Assembly: GCA_934149305.1 (NCBI GenBank)
Contig: CAKPEF010000001.1
Location: 36,748 to 100,747, forward strand
Direction of reading: 5' to 3'
DNA: 64,000 nucleotides
Source: an uncultured Clostridia bacterium
GTDB taxonomy: Bacteria; Bacillota; Clostridia; TANB77; UBA1234
Shown: positions 18,777 to 29,375 of the stretch, one piece after another
Layout: the number at the start of each line of letters is the position of its first letter
Numbering within the stretch: the stretch's first letter is position 1
Position numbers and translations under genes: made by a program
Notes under the pieces: generated by a model
The model's database searches: none
Seen by the model: only the letters and a program-made list of their open reading frames with translations
Told to the model about the DNA's origin: nothing

Positions 18777-19697
18777 CTATTTGGAAATTTTCATTAAAAC
18801 TCTCATTATTAAATCTTTAAATTTGGTTTCTACACCTGCTGCATTTTCTAAAACCTCTTCGTGACTCGGCGCCATACTAGTTCCAGCAACGTTTGTTATA
18901 CAAGATATTCCAAGCACTTCTATTCCAGAATGAGCTGCAACAATAACTTCTGGTACTGTTGACATCCCAACTGCATCTGCTCCAAGCGTATCTAACATTT
19001 TTATTTCCGCCTTTGTTTCATATTGAGGTCCTGGCATAAATGCATATACTCCCTCAACCACATCTATCGTTAAATCTTCTGCATCTTTAGCAAGTCTCAT
19101 TGTTTTTTTGTCAAATACATCATCAAAAGCTTTTAATGATGCTACATCTTTTGTAAGCTCTATAAGTCTTTTTGAGTATGCATTTGTCATGCTTGGAAAA
19201 CGAGTTCCAAAAGCTTCTTCATTTTCGCCTCTTAATGGTGAAACTCCACATATATTTATGTGGTCATTTATTATCATTAAATCTTGTGGCTTGAATTTTT
19301 TGTTTATTCCTCCAGCTGCATTTGAAACTATTAGTGTTTCTACTCCTAGTAACGCAAATACTCTTATAGGAAAAGTCACTTCGTCCATATCATAACCCTC
19401 ATAGTAGTGAAATCTTCCTTGCATTATTATTACATCATTTTCATAAATCTTGCCAACTATTAGTTTGTTGCCATGACCTTCTACCTTAGAAGCTGGAAAA
19501 TTAGGTATCTCATAATAAGGTATTTCTACTCTGTTTTCATGAACTTCATCTGCAAGCGAGCCAAGTCCAGAACCAAGTATTATTGCTATTTTAGGTTTGC
19601 AATCTATTCTTGTATTTATATAAGACACTGCCTCAGATGCTTTTGAAAGTATATCTTTCATCATATTTTTTCCTCCCATAAAAATATTTTTATACAT
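18777..19697 (-). CDS. Purine nucleoside phosphorylase (PNP-I/PunA family)
   Basis: IAIILGSGLGSLAD, MQGRFHYYEGY and VGMSTVPEVIVAAHSGIEVLGISCITN are highly similar to PupG/DeoD-family PNPs. The true start is probably the internal MMKDIL. Confidence 0.8.
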   Translation of the reverse strand: MYKNIFMGGKNMMKDILSKASEAVSYINTRIDCKPKIAIILGSGLGSLADEVHENRVEIPYYEIPNFPASKVEGHGNKLIVGKIYENDVIIMQGRFHYYEGYDMDEVTFPIRVFALLGVETLIVSNAAGGINKKFKPQDLMIINDHINICGVSPLRGENEEAFGTRFPSMTNAYSKRLIELTKDVASLKAFDDVFDKKTMRLAKDAEDLTIDVVEGVYAFMPGPQYETKAEIKMLDTLGADAVGMSTVPEVIVAAHSGIEVLGISCITNVAGTSMAPSHEEVLENAAGVETKFKDLIMRVLMKISK

Positions 19698-20136
19698 TCA
19701 TATTATCTTCTAAATCACCTAAATTGTCAATCGCTTTAGATATACTACTATATGTAAATCCTTTGTTTAACAAATATCTTTTTACTTTGTCTAACTCCAT
19801 TGTTTTTAGTTTTTTTCTAGCAAGGTTTTTAGCTGAGTTTTCTTCGAACTCTTCGACTTCTTCTGTTATATATTTTTCTATTAAGTCCTCATCAATGCCT
19901 CTTTTTATAAGGTCAATTTTTATTTCTTTTATAGAACATTCTTTTAATCTTAAAACATTTTTTATATATCTATCTACATAGTTTTCATCGTTTATGTATC
20001 CATTTTCTTTTAAATATTCAATTATTTCATCTGTTTGTTCATCATTATACTTTAGCATTTTACATTTATTTTTCACTTCATTTTCGGTTCTTTTTTTAAA
20101 CACTACATATTTCATAAGTTTATCTTCTACTATCAT
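19690..20136 (-). CDS. recX: RecX regulatory protein
   Basis: Position directly downstream of recA, 148 aa, helical repeats (YINDENYVDRYIKNVLRLK...). Confidence 0.6.
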   Translation of the reverse strand: MIVEDKLMKYVVFKKRTENEVKNKCKMLKYNDEQTDEIIEYLKENGYINDENYVDRYIKNVLRLKECSIKEIKIDLIKRGIDEDLIEKYITEEVEEFEENSAKNLARKKLKTMELDKVKRYLLNKGFTYSSISKAIDNLGDLEDNMNV

Positions 20137-20230
20137 TTTTTCACCTTCTTTAATTAGTTTAAACCACCATGGGGCTTAAGGTAAGCTCTGCAATTTATTT
20201 TACAAGTTAATCTGCACTACTATACAAGAT

Positions 20231-20256
20231 AAGGCGGGATTAAAAACCCGCCCTAT
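20231..20256 (-). terminator. Hairpin (attenuator or terminator) between recA and recX
   Basis: Minus strand GGGCGGG-TTTTTAAT-CCCGCCT followed by TATCTTGTAT, a weak U-tract. Confidence 0.35.
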
Positions 20257-20282
20257 ACTACATTTTTGTTATACAAAAAGTT

Positions 20283-21329
20283 TTATTCTTCATCTTCATT
20301 TATTTTTTCTATACTTTCACTTAAACTTTTATCAAAGGCTGCATTATAATTTTCTCTAATTTTTGCTTCGATTTCAGCACATGTTGCAGGATTATCTTTT
20401 AAATATTGTTTTGCATTTTCTCTACCTTGTCCAATTCTAGTTCCGTTGTAGCTAAACCATGCACCTGCTTTTTCAACGATGTTTAGGTTAACACCTATAT
20501 CTAACACATTTCCCTCTTTTGAAATACCTTCTCCATATACTATATCAAATTCGGCTTCTCTAAATGGTGGTGCCACTTTATTTTTTACTACTTTTACTCT
20601 TGTTCTATTACCAACGATTTCATTGTTTTGCTTTAATGATTCTACTCTTCTAACATCTAATCTAACTGACGAATAAAACTTAAGTGCTCTACCACCAGGT
20701 GTTACCTCTGGATTACCAAACATTACTCCAACTTTTTCACGAAGTTGGTTTATAAATATTGCTACTGTGTTTGATTTATTTAAAACACCTGCAAGTTTTC
20801 TAAGAGCTTGTGACATAAGTCTTGCTTGAAGTCCAACATGAGAATCGCCCATATCTCCATCGATTTCTGCTTTTGGAACTAATGCTGCAACTGAGTCTAC
20901 TACTATAATATCAATTGCACCACTTCTAACTAATGCTTCTGCTATTTCTAATGCTTGCTCTCCTGTGTCTGGTTGAGATACGATTAAGTTATCTATATCT
21001 ACTCCTAATTTTTTAGCATATACGGGATCAAGTGCGTGCTCTGCATCTATAAAAGCTGCCTCGCCACCCATTTTTTGTGCTTCTGCGATCATATGAAGCG
21101 CTACTGTTGTTTTGCCTGAAGATTCTGGTCCAAATACTTCTACTATTCTACCTCTTGGAACGCCACCGATGCCTAATGCTATATCTAAGCTTAACGCACC
21201 CGTTGGAATAACATCTATATTTAGTTGTGCATTTTCTCCTAATTTCATAACTGCACCTTTTCCGAATTGTTTTTCTATTTGTCCAAGTGCCGCATCTAAA
21301 GCTTTTTTCTTTTCATTGTTATCAGCCAT
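20283..21329 (-). CDS. recA: Recombinase RecA
   Basis: [16 protein letters not shown] Walker A, full-length RecA similarity, acidic C-terminus. Confidence 0.95.
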   Translation of the reverse strand: MADNNEKKKALDAALGQIEKQFGKGAVMKLGENAQLNIDVIPTGALSLDIALGIGGVPRGRIVEVFGPESSGKTTVALHMIAEAQKMGGEAAFIDAEHALDPVYAKKLGVDIDNLIVSQPDTGEQALEIAEALVRSGAIDIIVVDSVAALVPKAEIDGDMGDSHVGLQARLMSQALRKLAGVLNKSNTVAIFINQLREKVGVMFGNPEVTPGGRALKFYSSVRLDVRRVESLKQNNEIVGNRTRVKVVKNKVAPPFREAEFDIVYGEGISKEGNVLDIGVNLNIVEKAGAWFSYNGTRIGQGRENAKQYLKDNPATCAEIEAKIRENYNAAFDKSLSESIEKINEDEE

Positions 21330-21375
21330 GATAAACCTCCTTTATTTCTTCTCTATTAGCTACAAATAAATAATA

Positions 21376-21387
21376 GAACAACCGTTC
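21376..21387. promoter_or_regulatory. LexA (Cheo/SOS) box upstream of recA
   Basis: GAAC-AACC-GTTC palindrome 47 nt upstream of the recA ATG; matches the Firmicutes GAAC-N4-GTTC consensus. Confidence 0.6.
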
Positions 21388-21412
21388 TAAAAAGTCAAGA
21401 AGAATTTTTTAT

Positions 21413-22999
21413 TTACTTACAAAACGAAATTATATTTCTAAAATAATTTGACCATGTCGGCTCAAAATTTCCTTTTACACTTTTATTTGTAAGTATTGTA
21501 TTGTTTTTGAAATAAAGACCTATATATGGCGCTTCACTTTTATATAAAATTCCAAAGGCAGGCATATTTTCTTTGTAATTTTCTTCATCTATTTTTAATT
21601 TCTCTATTATTTTTTGCATTGTATCTGATGAATAATTTGCATAATTTATTTTACTATCTTTTGAAACAGTTTCTATCGGAATTGTTTCATTTTTTATGTC
21701 TAAAGATGTTAATATAAGTTCAAATTTATCCTGTTCAATACTATTTTTTAAATTCTCCAATGTTGTTTTTGCTATTGTTATATTTATACCAATCTCAGCT
21801 AAATCTTCTTTCACTTTTTCTGCAACAAGAACCTTTTTCTCACTATCTTTATTTACCATCAATGTGAAGTTTAATTTATAATCTTTACCATTTATTTCTT
21901 TATGCCAAAAAGTTTCAGTCTGCTCCCAACCAGCATTTATTAAAATTTGTTTTGCCTTTTCTATGTTATATTCTGCATTTGTTATACTATTTTTAGAATT
22001 AGTATGTATTGGAATATCGCTAATAGTAGCGTTTTCATTATATACACTGTTTATTATGTTTTCTCTATTTATGGCTTGTAGAATTGCTCTTCTTACTGAG
22101 CCTTCTGATAAGACAACATTTTGACAGTTTGGCACTATTGCTTCATACTCGGTGTTTTCAAAGCTGTACGAGTTCATGCCTATAGTTCCAAACTTTTCTT
22201 TCCACGAAGTCATATTTGTAACTATCATATCTACTTCTGCAGATTTAAACGCCTTTACAGCTTCGCCATATGTTGAGTATTTATATACAGTTATTTTATT
22301 TAGTTTTGCCTCTTCACCATTCCACCATGATTTATTAAATAAAAGTTCTATACTTCCATCGGAGTTTGTTTGTGAATATTTATATGGACCTGTTCCAACC
22401 ATTTTTTCTGCTTTTGTTTCATTATTAAAATTATCACCTTTAAAATAATACTCTGGCAATATCGGAAAATTAAGTTTAGTTATAAAAAAATCATCCGGAT
22501 TATTTAATGTAACTTTTATTGCTCCATCATCTATTTTTTCTACAGTGCTTATATTTTCCACATTTGAACTGTATGTAAGATTATTGTTTTTCAACAAATT
22601 AAATGTAAAGATAACATCATTTGATTTTAGCGTTTCTCCTGCAGTGTGCCATTTAACGCCATCCTTTAATTTTAAAATCCAAGTTGATGCATCTGTTTTT
22701 GCATAACTTTGAAGTAAGACACATTCTATCTCTTCATCACTTTTATAGCTAATCAACGGTTCATATACCAAACTCAATATTGTGGCAACACCATTATTTT
22801 GAGTTTTTAATGGGTTCAATGTATCGACTTCTGCAATTGATAAATTTAATTCATCTCTATATATTTCTGTTACTATTTCTTTGTTTTCTGTTTCTTTTTT
22901 ATCTATATTTTTAGTATTTTCTTTTATTTTTTTAAACTCTTTTATAAAGCCACATGTAAATGCTATTATTATTAAAAATAAAATGATTCTTTTTCTCAA
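21413..22999 (-). CDS. ABC transporter substrate-binding protein, family 5 (peptide/nickel type), orphan (no adjacent permeases)
   Basis: Signal peptide plus length and sequence character of the SBP_bac_5 family. Confidence 0.55.
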   Translation of the reverse strand: MRKRIILFLIIIAFTCGFIKEFKKIKENTKNIDKKETENKEIVTEIYRDELNLSIAEVDTLNPLKTQNNGVATILSLVYEPLISYKSDEEIECVLLQSYAKTDASTWILKLKDGVKWHTAGETLKSNDVIFTFNLLKNNNLTYSSNVENISTVEKIDDGAIKVTLNNPDDFFITKLNFPILPEYYFKGDNFNNETKAEKMVGTGPYKYSQTNSDGSIELLFNKSWWNGEEAKLNKITVYKYSTYGEAVKAFKSAEVDMIVTNMTSWKEKFGTIGMNSYSFENTEYEAIVPNCQNVVLSEGSVRRAILQAINRENIINSVYNENATISDIPIHTNSKNSITNAEYNIEKAKQILINAGWEQTETFWHKEINGKDYKLNFTLMVNKDSEKKVLVAEKVKEDLAEIGINITIAKTTLENLKNSIEQDKFELILTSLDIKNETIPIETVSKDSKINYANYSSDTMQKIIEKLKIDEENYKENMPAFGILYKSEAPYIGLYFKNNTILTNKSVKGNFEPTWSNYFRNIISFCK

Positions 23000-23159
23000 A
23001 CTATCACCTCTTTTTCAAAAATTATTCTATAACACTATTTTGTTTTTATCAAGAATGAGTTATCAAAGAGTTTTATGTTTTTGCGATTCCTTGAAATTGC
23101 TGTAATTTTGTAAAAAAAATTATTGCAAACTTTATAAATAGCACAATCAATGTAGCTTA

Positions 23160-23376
23160 AGCTTAAGTGTGCTCCATGAAAAATAATTGATTGTAATGCA
23201 CAAAAATAAAAAACATAAAAATCGCGATTACTAATTGAATACATCAAACTTCACATGTGACACAATCGATGTAGCGGAGCACAGTGTGCTCCATAAAAAC
23301 CTATCGATAGTAACATACTAAAATAAAATTGGATATATATTGTAGTTAGTAATGGAGCACGCTGTGCTCCGCTACA
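23160..23376. repeat. Cluster of three copies (two minus, one plus orientation) of the palindromic repeat family
   Basis: ATGTAGCTTAAGCTTAAGTGTGCTCCATG (23160-23188), ATGTAGCGGAGCACAGTGTGCTCCAT (23269-23294), ATGGAGCACGCTGTGCTCCGCTACA (23352-23376), with unit-like flanks. Confidence 0.6.
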
Positions 23377-23511
23377 ACCTCAAGTTGGTGGTAGTACATT
23401 AAAACAAATTTTGATATATGTTGTAATTACGCTTTGGTAAAAACTTTTATTTTTTCGCTTGAAGTAACATTCTATATATCATATAATCATTTCTATAGAG
23501 GAGGGATTTTT

Positions 23512-24825
23512 TTGAATAGTAAAGTTTTAGTTACAATAATTATAATTGTTTCTGCCACATTAGGTTTGTACCTTGGTGCTAACCAAGTTACATCGAAAAA
23601 AGAAAATATTAAAGATACGCATTCTGATGGCCTATATGCTCCTTCTGGTGATGTTTCTAATGATAATAATATTTCTGATGTGGATTTTTCGGGAGATGGT
23701 GATAATATAGTGCCTAGTGGTGAGCAACAGCCTACAGTTACTCCTACACCAATTCCAACAGATACTGTTAGTAGTAATAGACTTACAATGCCAGAAAATT
23801 TTAAAGCTACATATATGACTGGTTGGGGTGCCGGAACAAAAAATATAAGAGAATCTGTTATAAAAACAATGAAAGAATATGGTTTTAATGCAATTGTTCT
23901 AGATATTAAAGATGAAGGTGGCCAATTATCTTACAATTCAAAAGTACAAACAGCAGTCGATGTTGGTGCGTCAAAAAATATGATTAGAGATATTGATGCT
24001 GTTTTAAAAGAGTTTCACGATAATGGAATTTATGTTGTCGGCAGAATAGTGACATTTAAAGATCCAATTTATGCTGGTAGTGTTAAAACAACTGTTGCAT
24101 ATAAAAAGGCTGACGGAACAACATGGAAAGATTATTCTGGCAAGGCTTGGCCTAACCCATACAATGAAAACTCTTGGGAATATCCAATTGCACTTGCAAA
24201 AGAAGCTGCAGAGCTTGGATTTGATGAGATTCAATTTGATTATATTAGATTTCCATCTTCTGAGGGAAAAATAAGAGAAATTGCATATGGTTTTAATTCA
24301 GCCACTGCTTCTAAAGCAGATACAATTTGTGCTTATTTAACTAAAGTTATGCAAGAGTTAGCTCCATACAATATACCAATTTCTGCTGATGTTTTTGGAA
24401 TAACAACAAAACGCGATGGAGACTTTGAAAATATAGGACAAGACTTTGCAAGAATTTCTGGTATTGTTGATGTAGTTTGTCCAATGGTTTACCCATCACA
24501 CTATGCAAATAACGAATACAAGATTGCAAAACCTGATTTGGCTCCTTATGATACAATATATAGAGCACTTCAAGATGCGCAAAAGAGATTATTAGTTTAT
24601 AGTGGAGATTCAAATGCAAAGGTTGCTTCTATTAGACCTTATCTTCAAGACTTTACAGCCTCTTGGCTAGGAAAAGGAAATTATCAAACATATGGAACAA
24701 ACCAAGTTGCAAAACAAATTCAAGCAACATATGATTTAGGATTAAAAGATTTCACTCTTTGGGATCCAAGCAATAAATACTGCTATGATGCAATAACAAA
24801 AGTTACAATGAAAACCGAAGAATAA
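23512..24825 (+). CDS. Putative glycoside-hydrolase-like (GHL/DUF4015-type TIM barrel) secreted protein
   Basis: TTG start at 23512 after AGGAGGGA; single TM/signal; motifs NAIVLDIKDEGG, IYVVGRIVTFKDP, WPNPYNE, DEIQFDYIRFP. Confidence 0.5.
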   Translation: MNSKVLVTIIIIVSATLGLYLGANQVTSKKENIKDTHSDGLYAPSGDVSNDNNISDVDFSGDGDNIVPSGEQQPTVTPTPIPTDTVSSNRLTMPENFKATYMTGWGAGTKNIRESVIKTMKEYGFNAIVLDIKDEGGQLSYNSKVQTAVDVGASKNMIRDIDAVLKEFHDNGIYVVGRIVTFKDPIYAGSVKTTVAYKKADGTTWKDYSGKAWPNPYNENSWEYPIALAKEAAELGFDEIQFDYIRFPSSEGKIREIAYGFNSATASKADTICAYLTKVMQELAPYNIPISADVFGITTKRDGDFENIGQDFARISGIVDVVCPMVYPSHYANNEYKIAKPDLAPYDTIYRALQDAQKRLLVYSGDSNAKVASIRPYLQDFTASWLGKGNYQTYGTNQVAKQIQATYDLGLKDFTLWDPSNKYCYDAITKVTMKTEE

Positions 24826-24831
24826 TTTTTA

Positions 24832-24875
24832 AAAGCTTATCTTCTATCAAACTGATAAAAGATAAGCTTTTTATT
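24832..24875 (+). terminator. Intrinsic terminator of the GHL gene
   Basis: AAAGCTTATCTT-loop-AAGATAAGCTTT followed by TTTATT. Confidence 0.7.
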
Positions 24876-24880
24876 AAACC

Positions 24881-25080
24881 AAAAAAACCCCACGTGAAGC
24901 CGTTTAATTTGAGCGGATTTAAGAGCCTGCGTACACAGGTGGGTGTTCTCCTAGGTACTTACGGGCTTCTCACTTACACATATAAATGTGTGAGCTTGCA
25001 CACCATACCCAGAGTTCCAAACTCCCTTAAAATTTAGTGTTGGTTCTAAATATAACTCAAGTAATCGTACTTTGTAGGGT
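24881..25080 (-). ncRNA. Candidate ~200-nt small RNA (6S-like?) with its own promoter
   Basis: A sigma-A promoter lies just upstream. The 5' end (AACCCUAC) can pair with the 3' end (GUGGGGUU), and the RNA ends in U7 at plus 24881-24887. No ORF. Sits between convergent genes. Confidence 0.4.
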
Positions 25081-25087
25081 TAATATT

Positions 25088-25115
25088 ATTATAGCATATT
25101 TTTATAATTTTGCAA
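25088..25115 (-). promoter_or_regulatory. Sigma-A promoter for the candidate sRNA
   Basis: Minus strand TTGCAA - 16 nt - TGcTATAAT (extended -10). Confidence 0.55.
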
Positions 25116-25300
25116 AGGTTTTTGATGGTAAAATTCTTACATTTTTGTGCAAATTTTGCTTGACAATTTTAGCATAATTATTTATTAAAATGTCGCCCTT
25201 TGCAATAATCAATTTCCACTATTGTTCATGCCAAAATTATTCAATTACCATTCTATATTTTCACCTACAAATATGCTTTGCAAGTGCTTTTTGTGTTTTC

Positions 25301-28300
25301 TTATGCAAGTCTTACTAATTTTATCTTTACTTTTTCGCCATTTATATCTAACTCTGTTTCTCCCTCGCCTTTTTCTATCTTGTCTGCTAATGTTTCATCT
25401 GCTATTTGTTCTTTGTTTCTTTCTATTATTTCTGCCATTTTTTCGTTATCTGAATAGTAGATTTCTATATGATTTTGTACTTCAAATCCAGAGTCTTTTC
25501 TTAGGTTTTGTATTTTTGAAATTAGCTCTCTTACAAATCCCTCTTCAATTAGTTCATCATTTAATTCTATATCTAAGACTACTACTATATCTCCCTCTTG
25601 TGCAGATATATATTTTTCTGATTTTGTTGTTTCTATTAGTAAATCTTCTTCTTTTAATTCTATTTTTGCATCTCCGATTTCTAATATCAATACGCCTTTT
25701 TCACGTAGCTCATGTACAAATTCTGTTCCATCTCCACCCTTTAACATTTGGCTAATTGTTGGCAATATTGCTCCATATTTTGGTCCAACTGTTTTTAAGT
25801 TTGGCTTTACATTATATGATACAAATCTACCTGCATCTTCTGTAAATTCTATCTCTTTTACATTTAGCTCTTCTTTTATTATGTCTTGATAATCTTTTGC
25901 CAATTCTTTTGTTGTTCCAACATAAGCTTTAGCAAGCACTTGTCTGTTTTTCATGTTTGATATATTTCTACATGATCTTCCAAGTGTAACTATCTCTAAT
26001 ACTAGTTCCATGTTTTCTTCTAGTTTCTTATCGATGTATTCTTCATTCGCTACTGGATAATCACACAAATGAATACTTTCTGGAGCTGTTTTATCTAAGT
26101 TTCTTACTAAGTTTTGATATATTTCTTCTGTCATAAATGGTACAAATGGTGCTGTTACTTTAGCTAGAGTAACTAAGCATGTATACAACGTCATGTATGC
26201 ATTTATCTTATCTTGTTCCATTCCATTTGCCCAGAATCTTTCTCTACATCTTCTTACATACCAGTTAGAAAGTTCATCTGTAAAGTCTTGTATCAATCTT
26301 GCACTTTCTGTTATCTTGTATTCTTGCATTAAGCTATCTACATCTTTTACAAGTGTATTTAATTTTGATAATGCCCATTTATCCATTTGAGATAATTTAT
26401 CATATTCTAATTTATATTCTAAAGGATTGAAGTTATCTATGTCTGCATATAAAACATAGAAAGCATATGTATTCCAGAATGTTCCGATAAATTTTCTTTG
26501 ATATTCACTTATTCCTTCTGGATAAAATCTTGTTGGAAGCCATGGTGATGAACTTGCACAGAAATACCATCTTACAGCATCCGCACCTTGTTTATCTAGT
26601 ACTGACCATGGGTCTACTACATTTCCTTTGTGCTTACTCATTTTTAATCCATCTTTATCTTGAACATGTCCTAATACTAAGCAGTTTTCAAATGGTGCTC
26701 TATCAAATAATAATGTTGAGATTGCCATAAGTGTATAGAACCATCCTCTTGTTTGGTCTATTGCTTCACTTATAAATTGTGCTGGGAATCTCTTTTCAAA
26801 TAGTTCCTTATTTTCAAATGGATAATGGTATTGTGCAAATGGCATTGAACCAGAATCAAACCAGCAGTCTATAACATCTGGAACTCTATGCATTTCTTTT
26901 CCGCATTTTTCACATTTTATAGTTATTCCATCTATATATGGTTTGTGTAATTCTATATCATCAGGAACATCTTTACCTAGTTTCTTTAATTCTTCTATGC
27001 TTCCAATTACATGATAATGTCCACATTCGCATTCCCATACTGGAAGTGGTGTTCCCCAATATCTAGAACGAGATAAGCCCCAGTCTATAACATTCTCTAA
27101 GAAGTTACCAAATCTTCCTTCTTTTATGTTCTCTGGCATCCAATTTACTGTGTTGTTATTTGCAACAAGTCTGTCTCTTAATGCAGACATTTTTATAAAC
27201 CATGTATCTACTGCATAATATAGAAGTGGTGTGTCGCATCTCCAACAGAATGGATATGAATGCTCGTATGGAAGTGCAGCAAATAATAAGCCTCTTTCTT
27301 TTAAATCGCTTAAAACAAGCTTATCTGCATCTTTAACCCATGTTCCAGCCCAATTGCCTGTTTCTTTTGTAAATTTTCCTTCTCCATTTACAAGTTGTAC
27401 GAAAGGTAAATCATTATCTCTTCCAACTCTACTATCATCTTCACCAAATGCAGGAGCTATATGTACAACACCTGTACCATCTGTAAGTGTAACATATGAA
27501 TCTGCTACAACATAGTATGCCTTCTTAGTAGGCTTTGCAAAGTCATATAATGGCTCATATTCTGTACCATATAAATCATTTCCTGTGTTAGAACGAACTA
27601 CTTTGTATTCTTCTTTTATTACACTTGGAACCAAAGCTTCTGCTAATATGTACCTTGTTCCATCTTCAACTTCAACCATTACATAAGTATCTTTTGGGCT
27701 AACGCACAATGCAACATTTGATGGAAGTGTCCATGGTGTTGTTGTCCAAGCTAGAATGTATGTGTTTTCTTCATTTTTAACTTTAAATTTTGCTATACAA
27801 GATGTTTCTTTAACATCTTTATATCCTTGTGCAACTTCGTGTGATGAAAGTGATGTTCCACATCTTGGGCAATAAGGTACTATTTTATGACCTTTGTACA
27901 ATAAACCTTTTTCATTTATTGTTTTTAATGCCCACCATTCAGATTCGATATAATCGTTGTGATATGTAACATAAGGATTTTCCATATCTGCCCAGAAACC
28001 AACTCTATCACTCATTAGCTCCCATTCATGTTTATATTTCCAAACACTTTCTTTACATTTCTTTATAAATGGTTCAACGCCATATTCTTCTATTTGTGGC
28101 TTACCATTTATTCCAAGCATTTTTTCTACTTCAAGCTCTACTGGAAGACCATGTGTATCCCAACCTGCTTTTCTTGGAACTTCGTAACCTTTCATTGTCC
28201 AAAATCTTGGAAATACATCTTTAAATACACGTGTTTCAATGTGTCCTATATGTGGCTTTCCATTTGCTGTTGGTGGTCCATCATAAAACATAAATGTTGG

Positions 28301-28414
28301 ATGTCCTTCTCTTTCTTTTATACTTTTTTCAAAAATCTTATTTTTCTTCCAGAAATCTATGATTTCTTTTTCTCTTTCGACTGCGTCTAAATTTGTAGAA
28401 ACTTTTTTGTACAT
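25301..28414 (-). CDS. ileS: Isoleucine--tRNA ligase
   Basis: HIGH (PTANGKPHIGH) and KMSKS (KMSKHKGN) motifs, 1037 aa, Zn-finger Cys pairs. Confidence 0.95.
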   Translation of the reverse strand: MYKKVSTNLDAVEREKEIIDFWKKNKIFEKSIKEREGHPTFMFYDGPPTANGKPHIGHIETRVFKDVFPRFWTMKGYEVPRKAGWDTHGLPVELEVEKMLGINGKPQIEEYGVEPFIKKCKESVWKYKHEWELMSDRVGFWADMENPYVTYHNDYIESEWWALKTINEKGLLYKGHKIVPYCPRCGTSLSSHEVAQGYKDVKETSCIAKFKVKNEENTYILAWTTTPWTLPSNVALCVSPKDTYVMVEVEDGTRYILAEALVPSVIKEEYKVVRSNTGNDLYGTEYEPLYDFAKPTKKAYYVVADSYVTLTDGTGVVHIAPAFGEDDSRVGRDNDLPFVQLVNGEGKFTKETGNWAGTWVKDADKLVLSDLKERGLLFAALPYEHSYPFCWRCDTPLLYYAVDTWFIKMSALRDRLVANNNTVNWMPENIKEGRFGNFLENVIDWGLSRSRYWGTPLPVWECECGHYHVIGSIEELKKLGKDVPDDIELHKPYIDGITIKCEKCGKEMHRVPDVIDCWFDSGSMPFAQYHYPFENKELFEKRFPAQFISEAIDQTRGWFYTLMAISTLLFDRAPFENCLVLGHVQDKDGLKMSKHKGNVVDPWSVLDKQGADAVRWYFCASSSPWLPTRFYPEGISEYQRKFIGTFWNTYAFYVLYADIDNFNPLEYKLEYDKLSQMDKWALSKLNTLVKDVDSLMQEYKITESARLIQDFTDELSNWYVRRCRERFWANGMEQDKINAYMTLYTCLVTLAKVTAPFVPFMTEEIYQNLVRNLDKTAPESIHLCDYPVANEEYIDKKLEENMELVLEIVTLGRSCRNISNMKNRQVLAKAYVGTTKELAKDYQDIIKEELNVKEIEFTEDAGRFVSYNVKPNLKTVGPKYGAILPTISQMLKGGDGTEFVHELREKGVLILEIGDAKIELKEEDLLIETTKSEKYISAQEGDIVVVLDIELNDELIEEGFVRELISKIQNLRKDSGFEVQNHIEIYYSDNEKMAEIIERNKEQIADETLADKIEKGEGETELDINGEKVKIKLVRLA

Positions 28415-28416
28415 TT

Positions 28417-28779
28417 TTATTCCTCCCTCTTATTTAATTCTAAAGCAATTATTTTTCTTATATCATCTTCTAATGTGCTTAAATCGTTGTTTATAACATA
28501 CCAAATACTTTTTAAGTTTATTCCCTCATAATCATGAACAATTCTATTTCTAAGTCCTTTTATCATATTCCATTCTATAAAATCATATTTATTCATTAGC
28601 TCTTTTGATATATTTTTTATAAGCTCTCCAATTTGGCTAATTGCAAAAACTGTAGCATCTCTTGTTTTCTCATCTTCTGTAAACATTTCAAATGTATATC
28701 CTTTTGTATATCTTTTTGCTCTTTCAATATATTCAATTATTTTTTCGAGTGATATGTACTCTTTATCTTTCATATACAA
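28417..28779 (-). CDS. hepT: HepT-like (DUF86) toxin of a HepT/MntA nucleotidyltransferase toxin-antitoxin pair
   Basis: ~120 aa with the RNRIVHDYEGINL (Rx4HxY) motif; overlaps the upstream nucleotidyltransferase gene; its stop lies 2 nt before the ileS ATG. Confidence 0.6.
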   Translation of the reverse strand: MYMKDKEYISLEKIIEYIERAKRYTKGYTFEMFTEDEKTRDATVFAISQIGELIKNISKELMNKYDFIEWNMIKGLRNRIVHDYEGINLKSIWYVINNDLSTLEDDIRKIIALELNKREE

Positions 28780-29071
28780 TCACCCCCGTTTTCTTAATCT
28801 CTTCTGCTATTTTTGAATTATCTATAATCTCTGCTTTTTCAAATGCATCAACTCGTTTTTGAAATGCCTCTTCTATCTTAGTAATTAAACTATATAATTT
28901 AAAACCTATTAAAGTCTCTTTCGTATCTATTACAAAATCTAGGTCGCTATTTTCATTTGCCAAGTTTTTAGCATAAGAACCAAATAGCACAACACTCTCA
29001 ACCGGAAAATTTATCATAATTTTCTTCAGTATTTCTTTTATTTCCTCTAAGGTATATACTTTACCGCTCAT
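28763..29071 (-). CDS. mntA: MntA-like minimal nucleotidyltransferase (antitoxin)
   Basis: VVLFGSYAKNLANENSDLDFVID (GS...DxD NTase motif). Start ATG 29071 with a GGGGGCG RBS. The longer track ORF would run into the terminator, so I reject that start. Confidence 0.6.
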   Translation of the reverse strand: MSGKVYTLEEIKEILKKIMINFPVESVVLFGSYAKNLANENSDLDFVIDTKETLIGFKLYSLITKIEEAFQKRVDAFEKAEIIDNSKIAEEIKKTGVIVYER

Positions 29072-29108
29072 AACTACGCCCCCTTTTCTTAAAATTTTAA
29101 TTTTTTTC

Positions 29109-29370
29109 CAAAACAAAAAGCACCTTGCCCTAAAGTTACCTTCGGACAAAGTGCTTAAGCTCTTTGCTATACCACCTACATACTAACATATGCGTTCTTC
29201 TATAACGTGAAGACCAACCCGGCAAAACTTACTCTTGTTTCTGTTTTGCAACATAAAAGGTGATTTTCGGCTTATCTATTAGCTATGAAACTTTCAGCAA
29301 ATGTTTCACTCTCTAAAGCTTTTAATAAACTTACTCTCCTTTATAATAGTTTTTATTACTCTTAAAACTA
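29109..29370 (-). promoter_or_regulatory. T-box-like riboswitch leader (Ile, AUC specifier candidate) with a terminator, upstream of mntA-hepT-ileS
   Basis: Stem-I-like AGAGAGUGAAAC; candidate specifier GAAAAUCACC (AUC + A); T-box-like GUAGGUGGUAUAGC; terminator AAGCACUUUGUCC-loop-GGGCAAGGUGCUU followed by UUUUUGUUUU at 29109-29156. Confidence 0.4.
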
Positions 29371-29375
29371 GTTAT

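Noticed and set aside
23035-23247. 70-aa ORF in the repeat-rich gap
   Set aside because: It overlaps the palindromic repeat copies, has no RBS and is low complexity.
24881-25080. SRP (4.5S/scRNA) or tmRNA or RNase P identity for the candidate sRNA
   Set aside because: It lacks the SRP domain IV motif (GGAAGGAAGCAGC), the tmRNA tRNA-like ends and tag ORF, and RNase P P4 sequences. It is too short for tmRNA or RNase P.
29072-29149. Longer start (29149) for mntA
   Set aside because: The extension would be translated through the leader terminator hairpin. ATG 29071 has a G-rich RBS and matches the NTase N-terminus.
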